DNA from: Octopus sinensis
Lineage: Eukaryota
Direction: 5' to 3'
DNA length: 64,000 bases
NCBI RefSeq assembly: GCF_006345805.1
Contig: NC_042999.1
Span: 4,278,001 to 4,342,000, forward strand
Below the pieces are notes generated by a model. It ran no database searches. It was given only the letters and a program-made list of their open reading frames with translations, and was not told where the DNA came from. Positions 55,023 to 63,310 of this stretch are shown piece by piece (within the stretch, counting starts at the first letter, position 1; every line of letters begins with the position of its first letter). The position numbers and the translations under genes were made by a program.

Positions 55023-56039
55023 CTTTCCTACTGTAGGCACAAAGCCTAAAATTTGGGGGAGGGGGCCAGTTGATTAGATTGACCCCAGTATGCAACTGGT
55101 ACTTAACTTATTGACCCAGAAAGGATTAAAGGCAAAGTTGACCTTATTTGTTATTTCTTATTTCTTTATTGCCCACAAGGGGCTAAACATAGAGGGGACA
55201 AACAAGGACAGACAAAGTAATTAAGTTGATTGCATCGATCCCAGTGCGTAACTGGTACTTAATTTATTGACCCCGAAAGGATGAAAGGCAAAGTCGACCT
55301 TGGCAGAATTTGAACTCGGAATGTAAATACAGATGAAATGCCACTTAGCATTTTACCCAGCATGCTAATGATTCTGCCAACTCACTGCCTTGACTCTGCT
55401 TTATATATTGAGTACCATTTCTTCTGATACTGAAATCAAACTTATATAGACAATCAGAGATACATACATACATACATACATACACAAGTGCACACATACA
55501 TACATGTCTGTATAAATCATTTTAGTTTATGAGAAATATTTTCTCCTTTAGATGACTTATTACTACTTATAAACACTATACACACATATATAACCCTCTC
55601 TCTCCTTCATCTATTTCTCTTTCTCTCTCCACCACTACCCTCTTTCTTTTCTTCCCTGCTTCACTCCTTCTTTCTCCTAACATACGTTTCTATCTTATCT
55701 GTTTGAATCTTATCCAATGTCTGATTTAGAACATACAGCAATACATTTACTATTAATGGCTAAAATGTAAGGCATTCCAATTGATTTGTTTTCATTTAGT
55801 GTAATGGACTCTGTTTAGTAAGGTATTGTGTCATGAACATTTTAAGATTAGCTTGTTACATTCTTGCGTTGTACAATTAAGAAAACTTCTTTTCTGTTGC
55901 TTTTCTCCAAACATTTGAATAACTTCAATTTGTGCATGTCATACTACATATATCCAAACTGTTTCAGGAATATATATTATTAATTCATGAAAATGTATAT
56001 CTTTTATGAATATAAATATATATTTTACATGCTATATAC

Positions 56040-56090
<51 letters not shown>

Positions 56091-58048
56091 CGCAGGAGTG
56101 GCTGTGTGGTAAGTAGCTTGTTTACCAACCACATGGTTCTGGGTTTCAGTCCCACTGCGTGGCACCTTGGGCAAGTGTTTTCTACTATAGCCTCAGGCCG
56201 ACCAAAGCCTTGTGAGTGGATTTGGTAGACGGAAACTGAAAGAAGCCCGTCGTATATATGTATATATATATATATGCGTGTATGTGTTTGTGTGTCTGTG
56301 TTTGTCCCCCTAGCATTGCTTGACAACCGATGCTGGTGTGTTTATGTCCCCGTTATTTAGCAGTTCAGCAAAAGAGACCGATAGAATAAGTACTGGGCTT
56401 ACAAAAGAATAAGTCCTGGGGTCGAGTTGCTCGATTAAAGGCGGTGCTCCAGCATGGCCACAGTCAAATGACTGAAACAAATAAAAGAGTAAAAGATATA
56501 TATATATATATATTTACATGTGCGTGTAGGTTCAGGCAAGGCCATGTGGTTAAGAGGTTTGCTTTCCAACCATTTGGTTTCAGGTTCAGTTCCACTGTGC
56601 AGCACCTTGTCTTCTACTTTAACCCCTAACTAACAAAAGTCTTGTGAGTGGATTTGGTAGACAGGAACTGAAAGAAGCTCTTCTCACACACACACACATA
56701 CATATATATTTATTTACACTCACACACAGACATGTATGTGGATGTATCTATAATACATTAAAAGTGAGCTTGAATCTTGCTTGCTTGTAGTGTTACCCAG
56801 CCAAACTGGTGCATAATGGGAAAATACTCTGAAAATAAGTTAATCCTGAAAGGAAACATTTCGATTAGACACAGTGACTTGACAATAAAAAAAATAAGAG
56901 TTGTTTTTTACAGTAAATGTTTCTATTAATCATTTAGAAATACTTTTAAGTGAATGTGATTTCAAAAATGTAAGTTCTTTGTACAGTAAGTATTTATATT
57001 TTAGCTTTCTCTAAACAGACAATATTTTAATGTTTTTTAAAATTATTTTCAAGTGAATATCATTACAAAAATTTTTTTGGCATATTTTAAAAATATTTCA
57101 AAGTGAATTTGTAAAAGACCCGTTTGTAACCATAGTTTTTTTTTCAAGTGCATTCAACTTATCTCACTGCCAAAGATTTGGTTGCTATTTCTAGCACACC
57201 CTACTACCACGTAACAGCTGCTTGCGATAAAGGACTCGAAATACCTGTTACGTGGTAGCAGGGCATGCAAGAAATAGCAGCCAAATCTTTTCTTTTCTGG
57301 GAAAAGGAGCTGTTTACGTTGATCTTGATGTCACATTTGTTGGAAGCATGCAAAATAACATAGAGAAGAAAAAAAGACCCACGAAACAAAGCTCCATTGC
57401 CAGGAAACTCAGAATTGCCCTGTGACCCAATGGGTCATGGGTAGTCTATTATATACATATGTACATCTGTGTTTGTGTTTCTTTGTCTTGACAACATGTG
57501 ATAATCATGAGTGTTACTGTCATGCAATGATGTTAAAATGATGATGATGATGATGATGTGTGTATATGTGGGGTATGGGGTGTAGAGGTTAGTTTGTTGT
57601 ACTCATGATTATGGTTTCAATTCCTGGACCAAGCATTGTGTTGCATAATGCTCTTAAGCAAAGCACTTCATTTCATATGCTCCTGTCCACTCAGCTAGCA
57701 AAAGTGAGTAAGAGACTAATGTCTCATCCTTGGTGATAATGTATATACCACAGGATCCAGGAACTTATGAGCCTATGGCTTAGGAAGAACCTTTCATCCT
57801 TTTGATATATATCTTTCATGAATATGCATATATGTTGGTGTTTGTTATTTCACTACTTATATTCACTTTCAATTCCTTTTCAGTTTGATGAAAAACCAAG
57901 ATACGTTGATAGCTGCTTCAATCGCACTCTCGTAGCTGCTAACTTGGATAACCGTTTACGTTTAAAGAGGGCTATAAAATTTATGAAGACATCCAACATA
58001 GCAAACTTCGAGAAAGCATTACAAGAAGCATTTACATTATTTTCTGAA
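10046..58048 (+). CDS. CACNA2D3: Voltage-dependent calcium channel subunit alpha-2/delta (alpha2delta-3/straightjacket-like), partial, 6 internal exons joined
   Basis: Spliced translation: [252 protein letters not shown]. Family hallmarks are WQYFGS..G..R.YPG, DCR...WYIQ.A..PK and MIDAS DxSxS. All introns are GT-AG with compatible phases (0,1,1,2,0). Family is certain; paralogue label is tentative. Confidence 0.95.
10318..10725 (-). mobile_element. tRNA-derived SINE, family A
   Basis: Full-length reverse copy ~210 nt downstream of the first exon. Confidence 0.88.
11251..11605 (-). mobile_element. CR1/L2-group LINE, 3' end fragment
   Basis: Translation ...DLVNTHKVI...[10 protein letters not shown]...[20 protein letters not shown]...FK is the typical CR1-group ORF2 C-terminus. 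The 3' UTR GTGCACCTGAGCACTGTA recurs at ~16120 on +. Confidence 0.8.
11858..13340 (+). mobile_element. RTE-clade LINE 3' fragment (ORF C-terminus, 3' UTR with microsatellites, family B tail)
   Basis: Decayed LPLLATK...[33 protein letters not shown]...RRLH*FGHV...GRGR.RKTW.EVVK, continuing to a family B tail ending GATGATGAT. Confidence 0.75.
12725..12963. repeat. Compound (CT)n/(CTAT)n microsatellite
   Basis: Direct reading; lies within the RTE 3' UTR. Confidence 0.9.
14450..14646 (+). mobile_element. Family B repeat
   Basis: Same tail in sense orientation. Confidence 0.8.
16170..16306. mobile_element. One-ended fragments of a TTAA/CCCTT-terminated (piggyBac-like) non-autonomous family
   Basis: Ends in TTG(A/G)TATCAAAAG(G/A)GTTAA. 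Same end at ~27300-27450 and 44350-44461, and reversed at ~3342-3480. No paired TIR seen. Confidence 0.4.
16390..16640 (-). mobile_element. Family B repeat
   Basis: Same sequence as the 5192 copy. Confidence 0.8.
17361..17680 (-). mobile_element. Family B repeat
   Basis: Same family, with internal GGTGCTTTTTACGTGCCACC subrepeats. Confidence 0.8.
18283..18666 (+). mobile_element. tRNA-derived SINE, family A
   Basis: Full-length copy ending ~85 nt upstream of the 18751 acceptor. Confidence 0.87.
18751..18934 (+). CDS. CACNA2D3: alpha2delta exon (VDYLNAK...[10 protein letters not shown])
   Basis: T-rich acceptor ttctAG, donor GTAAGC, 184 nt. YxNA and VNxxxSxVHVxTxxY motifs of VWA_N. Confidence 0.92.
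19025..19156 (+). CDS. CACNA2D3: alpha2delta exon ([10 protein letters not shown]...[16 protein letters not shown])
   Basis: ttttctttcAG acceptor, GTTAGT donor, 132 nt. Contains the invariant WQYFGS and YPG motifs. Confidence 0.95.
19869..21321 (+). mobile_element. Head-to-tail array of three family C SINEs separated by (TTA)n, interrupted by an R4/Dong LINE fragment
   Basis: Copies at ~19869-20090, 20091-20290 and 21107-21321, each ending GAAACCAT(TA/CA)TTA. Confidence 0.75.
20349..21071 (-). mobile_element. R4/Dong-clade non-LTR retrotransposon, 5'-truncated (zinc knuckle remnant + restriction-like endonuclease)
   Basis: 182-aa open frame [10 protein letters not shown]...RHDRV...[20 protein letters not shown]...LIDMS...KLRKYKDL...PVIIGALG (PD..D RLE motif). 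3' UTR with polyA; (TAA)n on both sides. Confidence 0.88.
21808..21871 (+). CDS. CACNA2D3: alpha2delta exon ([22 protein letters not shown])
   Basis: ccttacAG acceptor, GTAAGT donor, 64 nt. Matches the W...DLYDxRxxxW motif. Absent from the ORF track because it is too short. Confidence 0.93.
21975..22135. repeat. (TATG)n microsatellite ~100 nt downstream of the 21808-21871 exon
   Basis: Direct reading. Confidence 0.9.
22365..22709 (+). mobile_element. Family B repeat (variant)
   Basis: Tail CCCATGCTAGCATGGAAAGCAGACGTTAAAC...GATGAT. Further copies at ~23290-23590(+), 33225-33450(-), 44090-44300(-), 47340-47623(+), 50680-50960(-). Confidence 0.75.
29800..30213 (-). mobile_element. tRNA-derived SINE, family A
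   Basis: Full-length reverse copy. Confidence 0.87.
31786..32150 (-). mobile_element. Family D SINE, older copy
   Basis: Reverse complement of the 58891 copy with CpG decay. Confidence 0.78.
33496..34022. mobile_element. Non-autonomous hAT (Charlie-like) MITE with internal (TATA/CATA)n
   Basis: Termini CAGCATTTCTCAACC / GGTTCAGAAACACTC. 8-bp TSD GTCTAAAC (33488-33495) / GTCTAAGC (34023-34030), resembling the NTCTAGAN target. Confidence 0.68.
35960..36359 (-). mobile_element. tRNA-derived SINE, family A
   Basis: Full-length reverse copy. A degenerate + copy lies just upstream (~35297-35640). Confidence 0.87.
38734..39240 (+). mobile_element. Diverged family A SINE with expanded internal GCATGCACGTGTGTGTGT repeat
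   Basis: Recognisable head and tail; the internal microsatellite has expanded into 18-nt units at ~38941-39012. Confidence 0.7.
39697..41630 (-). mobile_element. Penelope-like element, 5'-truncated, frameshifted RT C-terminus + GIY-YIG endonuclease + 3' region
   Basis: With frameshifts it reads [16 protein letters not shown]...[16 protein letters not shown]...RGYP...LTYHP, then [39 protein letters not shown]...REQELIF.L....P.GLN. The 3' region has a purine tract, tandem repeats and a hammerhead-like motif. Confidence 0.9.
41650..41791 (-). mobile_element. Penelope pseudo-LTR-like terminal fragment (second family)
   Basis: Same sequence as 62277-62390; has a hammerhead-like motif and AATAAA on the minus strand. 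Confidence 0.55.
42007..43311 (+). mobile_element. Tc1/mariner DNA transposon, full length (~1.3 kb), transposase pseudogene
   Basis: Degenerate TIRs CAAGGGGGACCCAAAAGTAACCAGAA / TTCTGGTTTCCTTTGGCTACCTCCTCA followed by TA. HTH region [17 protein letters not shown] (first D), [18 protein letters not shown]. Multiple stops and frameshifts. Confidence 0.9.
43435..43700. repeat. (TA)n/(TG)n/(GATA)n compound microsatellite
   Basis: Direct reading. Confidence 0.9.
45614..45760. repeat. Degenerate (CAT)n tract (expanded tail of a family B copy)
   Basis: Direct reading; family B-like sequence follows at 45750-45960. Confidence 0.8.
48130..48366 (-). mobile_element. Young family C SINE with alternative tail (CCACAAGGGGCTAAACACAGAGG)
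   Basis: CpG-rich copy with intact GAGTTCAAATTCC box. The same tail occurs at ~955-998 and ~55170. Confidence 0.8.
48600..48713 (+). mobile_element. Old Penelope-like GIY-YIG remnant
   Basis: [35 protein letters not shown] aligns to FTCTS.N.IY.I....YIG.T.RRL.DRF.EHL.D, with CpG-type stops. Confidence 0.55.
49813..49963 (+). CDS. CACNA2D3: alpha2delta exon, start of VWA domain with MIDAS DSSGS
   Basis: tttttctgcAG acceptor, GTAATT donor, 151 nt. [23 protein letters not shown]...ILDTL..NDYFNII. Confidence 0.96.
53205..53432. repeat. (GATA)n/(GGAT)n microsatellite
   Basis: Direct reading. Confidence 0.92.
54150..54440. repeat. Cryptic trinucleotide (GCT/GTT/CTG-type) low-complexity tract
   Basis: Period-3 degenerate repeat giving open frames on both strands. 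Confidence 0.75.
54775..55392 (-). mobile_element. Cluster of three family C units bounded by an 18-bp direct repeat
   Basis: Units at ~54775-54985, 55020-55145 (truncated) and 55150-55392. ACTCTGCTTTATATATTG occurs at 54757 and 55393. Confidence 0.75.
56089..56494 (+). mobile_element. tRNA-derived SINE, family A, inserted after (TA)n
   Basis: Full-length copy, followed by a second head-only fragment (~56538-56690). Confidence 0.87.
57172..57290. repeat. 46-bp inverted repeat with 27-nt loop
   Basis: Arms 57172-57217 and 57245-57290. On + RNA: 41 Watson-Crick pairs, 1 G-U, 4 mismatches. Confidence 0.9.
57884..58048 (+). CDS. CACNA2D3: alpha2delta exon, VWA domain ([20 protein letters not shown]...EAFTLFSE)
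   Basis: ccttttcAG acceptor, GTAAGT donor, 165 nt, phase 0/0. Matches the C...TLVQA..NK...AL.EAF segment. Confidence 0.94.
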
Positions 58049-58293
58049 GTAAGTAAAATTTTATCTTTTATTATATTTTGTTGAATTAAAATTCTTCTGT
58101 CCAACCCATGCCAGCATTGATAATGGACGTTAAATGACAATGATGATAACATGATAAAAAACCACATACATTGTGATCTAAACTGATGATTTAGTAATCA
58201 AGTAAATAACTTGACATTCCATTCCTTTGAATTTTGATATCTCTTATATCACATGCCAGTGTGTAATGGACAATATCTTACATATATTAGATG

Positions 58294-58706
58294 CAGATAC
58301 GGTGGTGTGGTTAAGCAGTTTGCTTCCCAAATATGTGGTTTTTGGTTCAATACCCAATGCATGGCTCATTGGTTAAGTATGTCCTATTATAGCTCCAAGT
58401 CAACCAAAGTGTTTTGGGTGGATTTTTAGACAAAAACTGAAAGAATTCCAGTGTGTGTGTGTGTGCTAGTGTCTCCTTGTCTTGAGATTATGTGATAATT
58501 GTAATCTACTGTCACAGTCATGCAAACCATGTCATTCATTTCTAATCTTCTGTGAAAATATCCCCAGCCATGGGGAAATATCCCTTTACATGGAAGCAAG
58601 TGTAGGCCGGTAAGAGGAAGGACATCTGGCTGTAGAAAATCTGCCTCAACAAATTCCATGTGGCTCATGCAAGTATGGAGATGTCAACATTAAAACAATG
58701 AGGATG
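58294..58706 (+). mobile_element. Degenerate SINE with family A-type head and RTE-type tail
   Basis: A-like head, then AGGAAGGACATCTGGCTGTAGAAAATCTGCC...CATGCAAGTATGGAG...ATTAAAACAATG. Similar pieces at ~24750-25100 and 62830-63100. Confidence 0.55.
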
Positions 58707-58890
58707 TATAATTTCATCTTAACAAAAGAATGACATTCCTCAAAATGAACAATTTGAAATATATTTTGTATACTGTTTATTTTAGTTGGACTGATGTCCT
58801 CGTCTTGATTGCTGCTTTCACTAGACTTCGGCTGTTGTATTCTCCAACCTTCTTCAGGTATCTTGTGTTGGACTCGGTAGTTGGATCACA

Positions 58891-59278
58891 GGAGGCTCAA
58901 TGGCCCAGTGGTTAGGGCAGCGGACTCACGGTCGTAGGATCGCGGTTTTGATTCCCAGACCGGGCGTTGTGAGTGTTTATTGAGCGAAAACACCTAAAGC
59001 TCCACGAGGCTCCGGCAGGGATGGTGGTGATCCCTGCTGTACTCTTTCACCACAACTTTCTCTCACTCTTACTTCCTGTTTCTGTTGTACCTGTATTTCA
59101 AAGGGCCGGCCTTGTCACTCTCTGTGTCACGCTGAATATCCCCGAGAACTACGTTAAGGGTGCACGTGTCTGTGGAGTGCTCAGCCACTTACACGTTAAT
59201 TTCACGAGCAGGCTGTTCCGTTGATCGGATCAACTGGAACCCTCGTCGTCGTAACCGACAGAGTGCTTCCATCCATCC
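58891..59278 (+). mobile_element. tRNA-derived SINE, family D, young copy with 12-bp TSD
   Basis: Head GGCCCAGTGGTTAGGGCAGCGGACT...GGTTTTGATTCCC and (TCCA)n tail. TSD AGTTGGATCACA (58879-58890) / AGTTAGATCACA (59279-59290). Confidence 0.85.
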
Positions 59279-59570
59279 AGTTAGATCACAATTTCAAACC
59301 TGACCCTTTATTTGATCCACTGTTCTGATCTCACTCTCTGCATTTCATGACATTTTTTGCTTCAGTTGATTTTTTTGTGGATTACTTTACTGCCTTGCCT
59401 GGGGTTGAACTCAGAACCTCTTGGTGACTGCACTGCATTAACCAACATCTTCATCTACTCTGCTATGCCCAACTCATATAAACAGCAAACATAATAATCA
59501 TGGAGACTCAGAGACTGGAGCTTGTGTTGTACAAGTGTTTATCACTATAATCCAATGAGGTACAGGTGTC

Positions 59571-59656
59571 TCTTTAGGGCGACTTCTTTAGGGTGACCTC
59601 TCTAGGGTAACCTCTCTAGGGTGACCTCTCTAGAGTGACCTCTTTAGGGTGACCTC
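59571..59656. repeat. 14-bp minisatellite x6 (TCTYTAGGGTGACC)
   Basis: Six consecutive units read directly. Confidence 0.9.
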
Positions 59657-59883
59657 ATTCCATCTACTGAAAGTCCTGTACCCACAGAGCAGTGGCAACT
59701 TCATCTGTCACCTGTGCTTCAAACTATGCTGATTTGCAATGGAACTGAATAGTCATCTGAGAGGTCATGGATGGAAAGTCACAAATGCCATTGACAGAAA
59801 GGTAACTCAAAGAAACAGCAATCATCTATGAAGATAGAGCAGTCATGTGTGTGTATGTGCGTGTGTGAGTGTGAGTATGTGTT

Positions 59884-59937
<54 letters not shown>

Positions 59938-60439
59938 CACACACACACATGCACGCACACACACACACACACGACACACACACATACCACACACCACACA
60001 CACACATGTAAATGGCTGCTTATGCACAAATATTAAAAGAAAAAGGAGTTAGGCTTCATGAATAAATTACAGTAGGATATGCCTATATGCTTGTAAAGAT
60101 AGATTATAGATTTATTTTGGTGTGTAAGAAAACCAGACCAACAAATGTAAGATCAGCAATGATATATGTCTATAATTTTCTGTGTGCTTAAAGCAACTGC
60201 AAAGCCAAATGAATTATAAAAACAATCTTTGAACTCATAATCTTTGAACAATAGCTTGCAAAGGACACTACTTATAAAAGCATTTCACATTTTATTATCA
60301 ACATTCTGAAAAAGGGAGCTATAAAAACTTCATGGAGCTATTATCTCTGCCAGTAGCAAAGGGTCTCTCTCTCTCTCTCTCTCACTCCATTTCTCACCAC
60401 ACTACATTTCTCTCTCTCTCTCTCTCTCCTCCCTCGCTT

Positions 60440-60830
60440 TAATTGGAGGCCAGATTGTATGATGCTTGTGCGCATAGCGCAGTGTTGCATGGACCTGGAA
60501 CATGGATATTGAATGTGGCTGATATGCAAAAGCTGTCAAGAAAGGAGACTAGCATGTTCCAATGGACATGTAATATGCATGAATGATGAAACAGAGGGAG
60601 CACTGATCTCTGATAGAAACAGGGCTGCTTATGAAGAATGACAGTTGAGTAAAGAAGTATCAAGGGATCAAAGTGGTGGGGATCTGTGGGCGAGGAGGCC
60701 CAGTGAATACATGAGAAGTGATAGAAAAGCTGATCTGAGGATACTGAAATATCAAAAGAAGAGGACAAAAGATGGCAAGTGGTTAAGACACTTCACTGAA
60801 GAAGAACCATCCAACCCCTGCAACTATTTA
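60440..60830 (+). mobile_element. RTE-clade LINE fragment (decayed)
   Basis: LEARLYDACAHSAVLHGPGTWILNVADMQKL...VKKYQGIKVVGICGRGGP...DLRIL...TKD; homologous to the 11858 fragment. Confidence 0.65.
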
Positions 60831-61835
60831 AAGACAAACAAAATATAATGATAATTTTTTAGTATAAATATTGAAGCCCGTCTACATTCTAATAAAGATC
60901 AAAGTTTTTATCTCAACACAAGGAACTGGGTGAGAGTGGGGGTTGTGTGTGTGTGTCTGTGTGTGTTTGCTATGGAGGAAATATATTGTTTTTGGATGTC
61001 ACTAAAATTCTGAGAAAAACTATTATACTAGATTAGATCTAGAAGACGATCATTCACCTTTTTAAGAATGATTCTTAACTTTAGCCTTCATACACAGACC
61101 CATCAGAATCTTCTCTGCCTCTTCTGAAGTTTTTGTTTTATGTCCTCTACCCACAAAAATTCTCTGTTGCACCTACCACTCCATTTCTCACCACACTACA
61201 TTTCTCTTTCATCTCCTGCAGCAAACATTTCACTCAGTCCAGTTCTTTATTCTCTAAACTTACTCAATGAATGTGAAACTCCCTTCCATCTCATCTCTTT
61301 CGGCCAGAGATATGGGCAATGCTCTGTCTCATTTAACATAATGGCAAAATGATTTATCAAGACAAACATTTAGCTTTAATCTTGTGAGTTAAATGACTAT
61401 TAAATTGTCTGAAGATTAAATCTCAGAATTGTCAAACAATCTCAAAGATTTATTGATTGCTTTAGTTTTGTTTGATTTTTCTGAAATTGAATATAACTGA
61501 TTGTATTGTGTACTACATGAGAAGTAAATCAGCAGTCAGGTTTCAAATGATGGTTAGATTAATTCCACTTCACTTACTCTGCTCATATCACTGAGAAAGG
61601 CATGAATTCTACAACTCACATTCCTCACTTAACGTCAGCAGGTATAATCATTTACTGAAGTGCAGGCATGGCAGTGTTCTTAAGTAGTTTACTTCCCAAT
61701 CACATGGTCAAAGGTTCAGTCTTAATGCATAGCACCTTGGGTGTCTCCTACTGTAGCCTCAGGCCAGCCAAGGCTTTGTAAGTGGATTTGGTTAATGGAA
61801 ACTGAAAGATGCCTGTTGAATGTGTGTGTGTGTGG

Positions 61836-62140
61836 TGAAGGGACATGGCTTAGTGATTAGGGTATTTGGCTCAAAATCGTAAGGTCATGAGCTCAATTCC
61901 TGGCTATGCATTGTGTCTTTGAGCAAGATACTTTATTTCTTGTTGCTCCAGTCCAGTCAGCTGGCAAAAATGAGTAGTACCTGCATTCCAAAGGGCCAGC
62001 CTTGACATATTCTGTGTCACACTAAATCTCCCCGAGAACTACATTAAGGGTACATGTGCCTGTAGAGTGCTCAATCACTTGCACATTAATTTGACGATCA
62101 AATCAATTGGAACCCTTATTGTAACTGATAGAGTGCCAGT
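61836..62140 (+). mobile_element. SINE with different tRNA head/central domain but family D 3' half
   Basis: Head + GTGTCTTTGAGCAAGATACTTTATTTC...CAGCTGGCAAAAATGAGTAG, then AAAGGGCCAGCCTTG...CCCCGAGAACTAC shared with family D. Confidence 0.65.
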
Positions 62141-62224
62141 TATAGTTATGTATTTATATATATATATATAAAACATCATCATCATCATCATCGTTTAACG
62201 TCCGTTTTCCATGCTAGCATGGGT

Positions 62225-62276
<52 letters not shown>

Positions 62277-62279
<3 letters not shown>

Positions 62280-62403
62280 GGAGTAAACACATACATGTGA
62301 AACAAGGTGGAAAAAAGAGTACTCAAATACCAGTGGTAGAGTAATATGCTTTATTTAAAGCAGCAGAAAATTCAACAAAACCTGTTACTCTGCTTTAAAT
62401 AAA

Positions 62404-62404
<1 letters not shown>
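62277..62404 (-). mobile_element. Penelope pLTR-like fragment inserted in (TA)n, with terminal foldback
   Basis: Matches 41650-41760; flanked by (TA)n on both sides; 15-bp inverted repeat at 62349-62363/62390-62404. Confidence 0.55.
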
Positions 62405-62436
<32 letters not shown>

Positions 62437-63107
62437 AGGCCCAAAATATTAGATTCTCTTCTACTCACACAGCAAATGAATTTACTAAATTCTCTTGTCT
62501 GTCATTATGTTTTTGTAACTGTAAAAAAATCTGGATCAAAAGGAAATTAATAAAACCAACTGAATCATGCCTACTTCAATCATTTAATCCTTTGTTTATT
62601 ATATCGATAAGTAGTAGGAAAAACATCGACTTAGCCACCTTTCAGTCTAGACACTTTTTGTCATGACCTGTTTCATATATTGCAAGTTATATTTGACTTC
62701 TTTCTATTGTAATTATCATTTAGAAGCCATACCCAACATCTGAAACCACTTTGTTATTCTCATCTTTTTCATCTTTCATTTATATTCATAACTCCGGTCA
62801 TTGTTAAATTATTATTTTATGTTCATGAAGTGGAAGCATGGTTGTGTGGTTGATCAAAACATTCACTTCCCAACCACATGGCAGTGATGGCGATGGTGGT
62901 GGTGGTGGTGGTGGTGGTGGTGGTGGTGGTGTTCTCAACAATGTCAAGCCACGGGAAAATTATTACCTTTGGTGGCAGTAAAGTATTTCTTGATGTTAAA
63001 CAACAGGTGAGGGTTGGTAACAGGAAAAGCACCTCGCCATAGAAAAGACACCTTGACAAAGTCCTGGCAAAGCAAGCATAAAATAATGATGATGATGATA
63101 ACAAATA

Positions 63108-63310
63108 GTTAGTTAGTTAATTTTTGGCTCAAAAGCAAATAGCAAGGCCATGTAGGGGGACATGGAGTTAAGTACAGAGTGGTGTTCATGTAAAGAGTTC
63201 AGGCCACTTGAGGTCAAGGGAGACTTTGAACAAAGCGGTCGTCGGCATCTTCACCATCTCGTCTGGCAGCTTGTTCCGCGGATCCGCAACCCGGACGGAG
63301 AAAGCTCCTC
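63108..63310 (-). mobile_element. CR1-group LINE extreme 3' end
   Basis: GAFSVRVADPRNKLPDEMVKMPTTALFKVSLDLKWPELFT*, then a short UTR and (AACT)n tail. Confidence 0.7.

Noticed and set aside
2722-56629. Recurring ORFs such as [14 protein letters not shown]..., [11 protein letters not shown]..., [20 protein letters not shown]...
   Set aside because: They are translations of SINE family A/B copies in various frames, with stops differing between copies; not genes.
12668-60052. ORFs rich in HT/CV/YI/LS/MYV repeats
   Set aside because: Stop-free frames of (CA)n, (TA)n, (CTAT)n and (TATG)n microsatellites.
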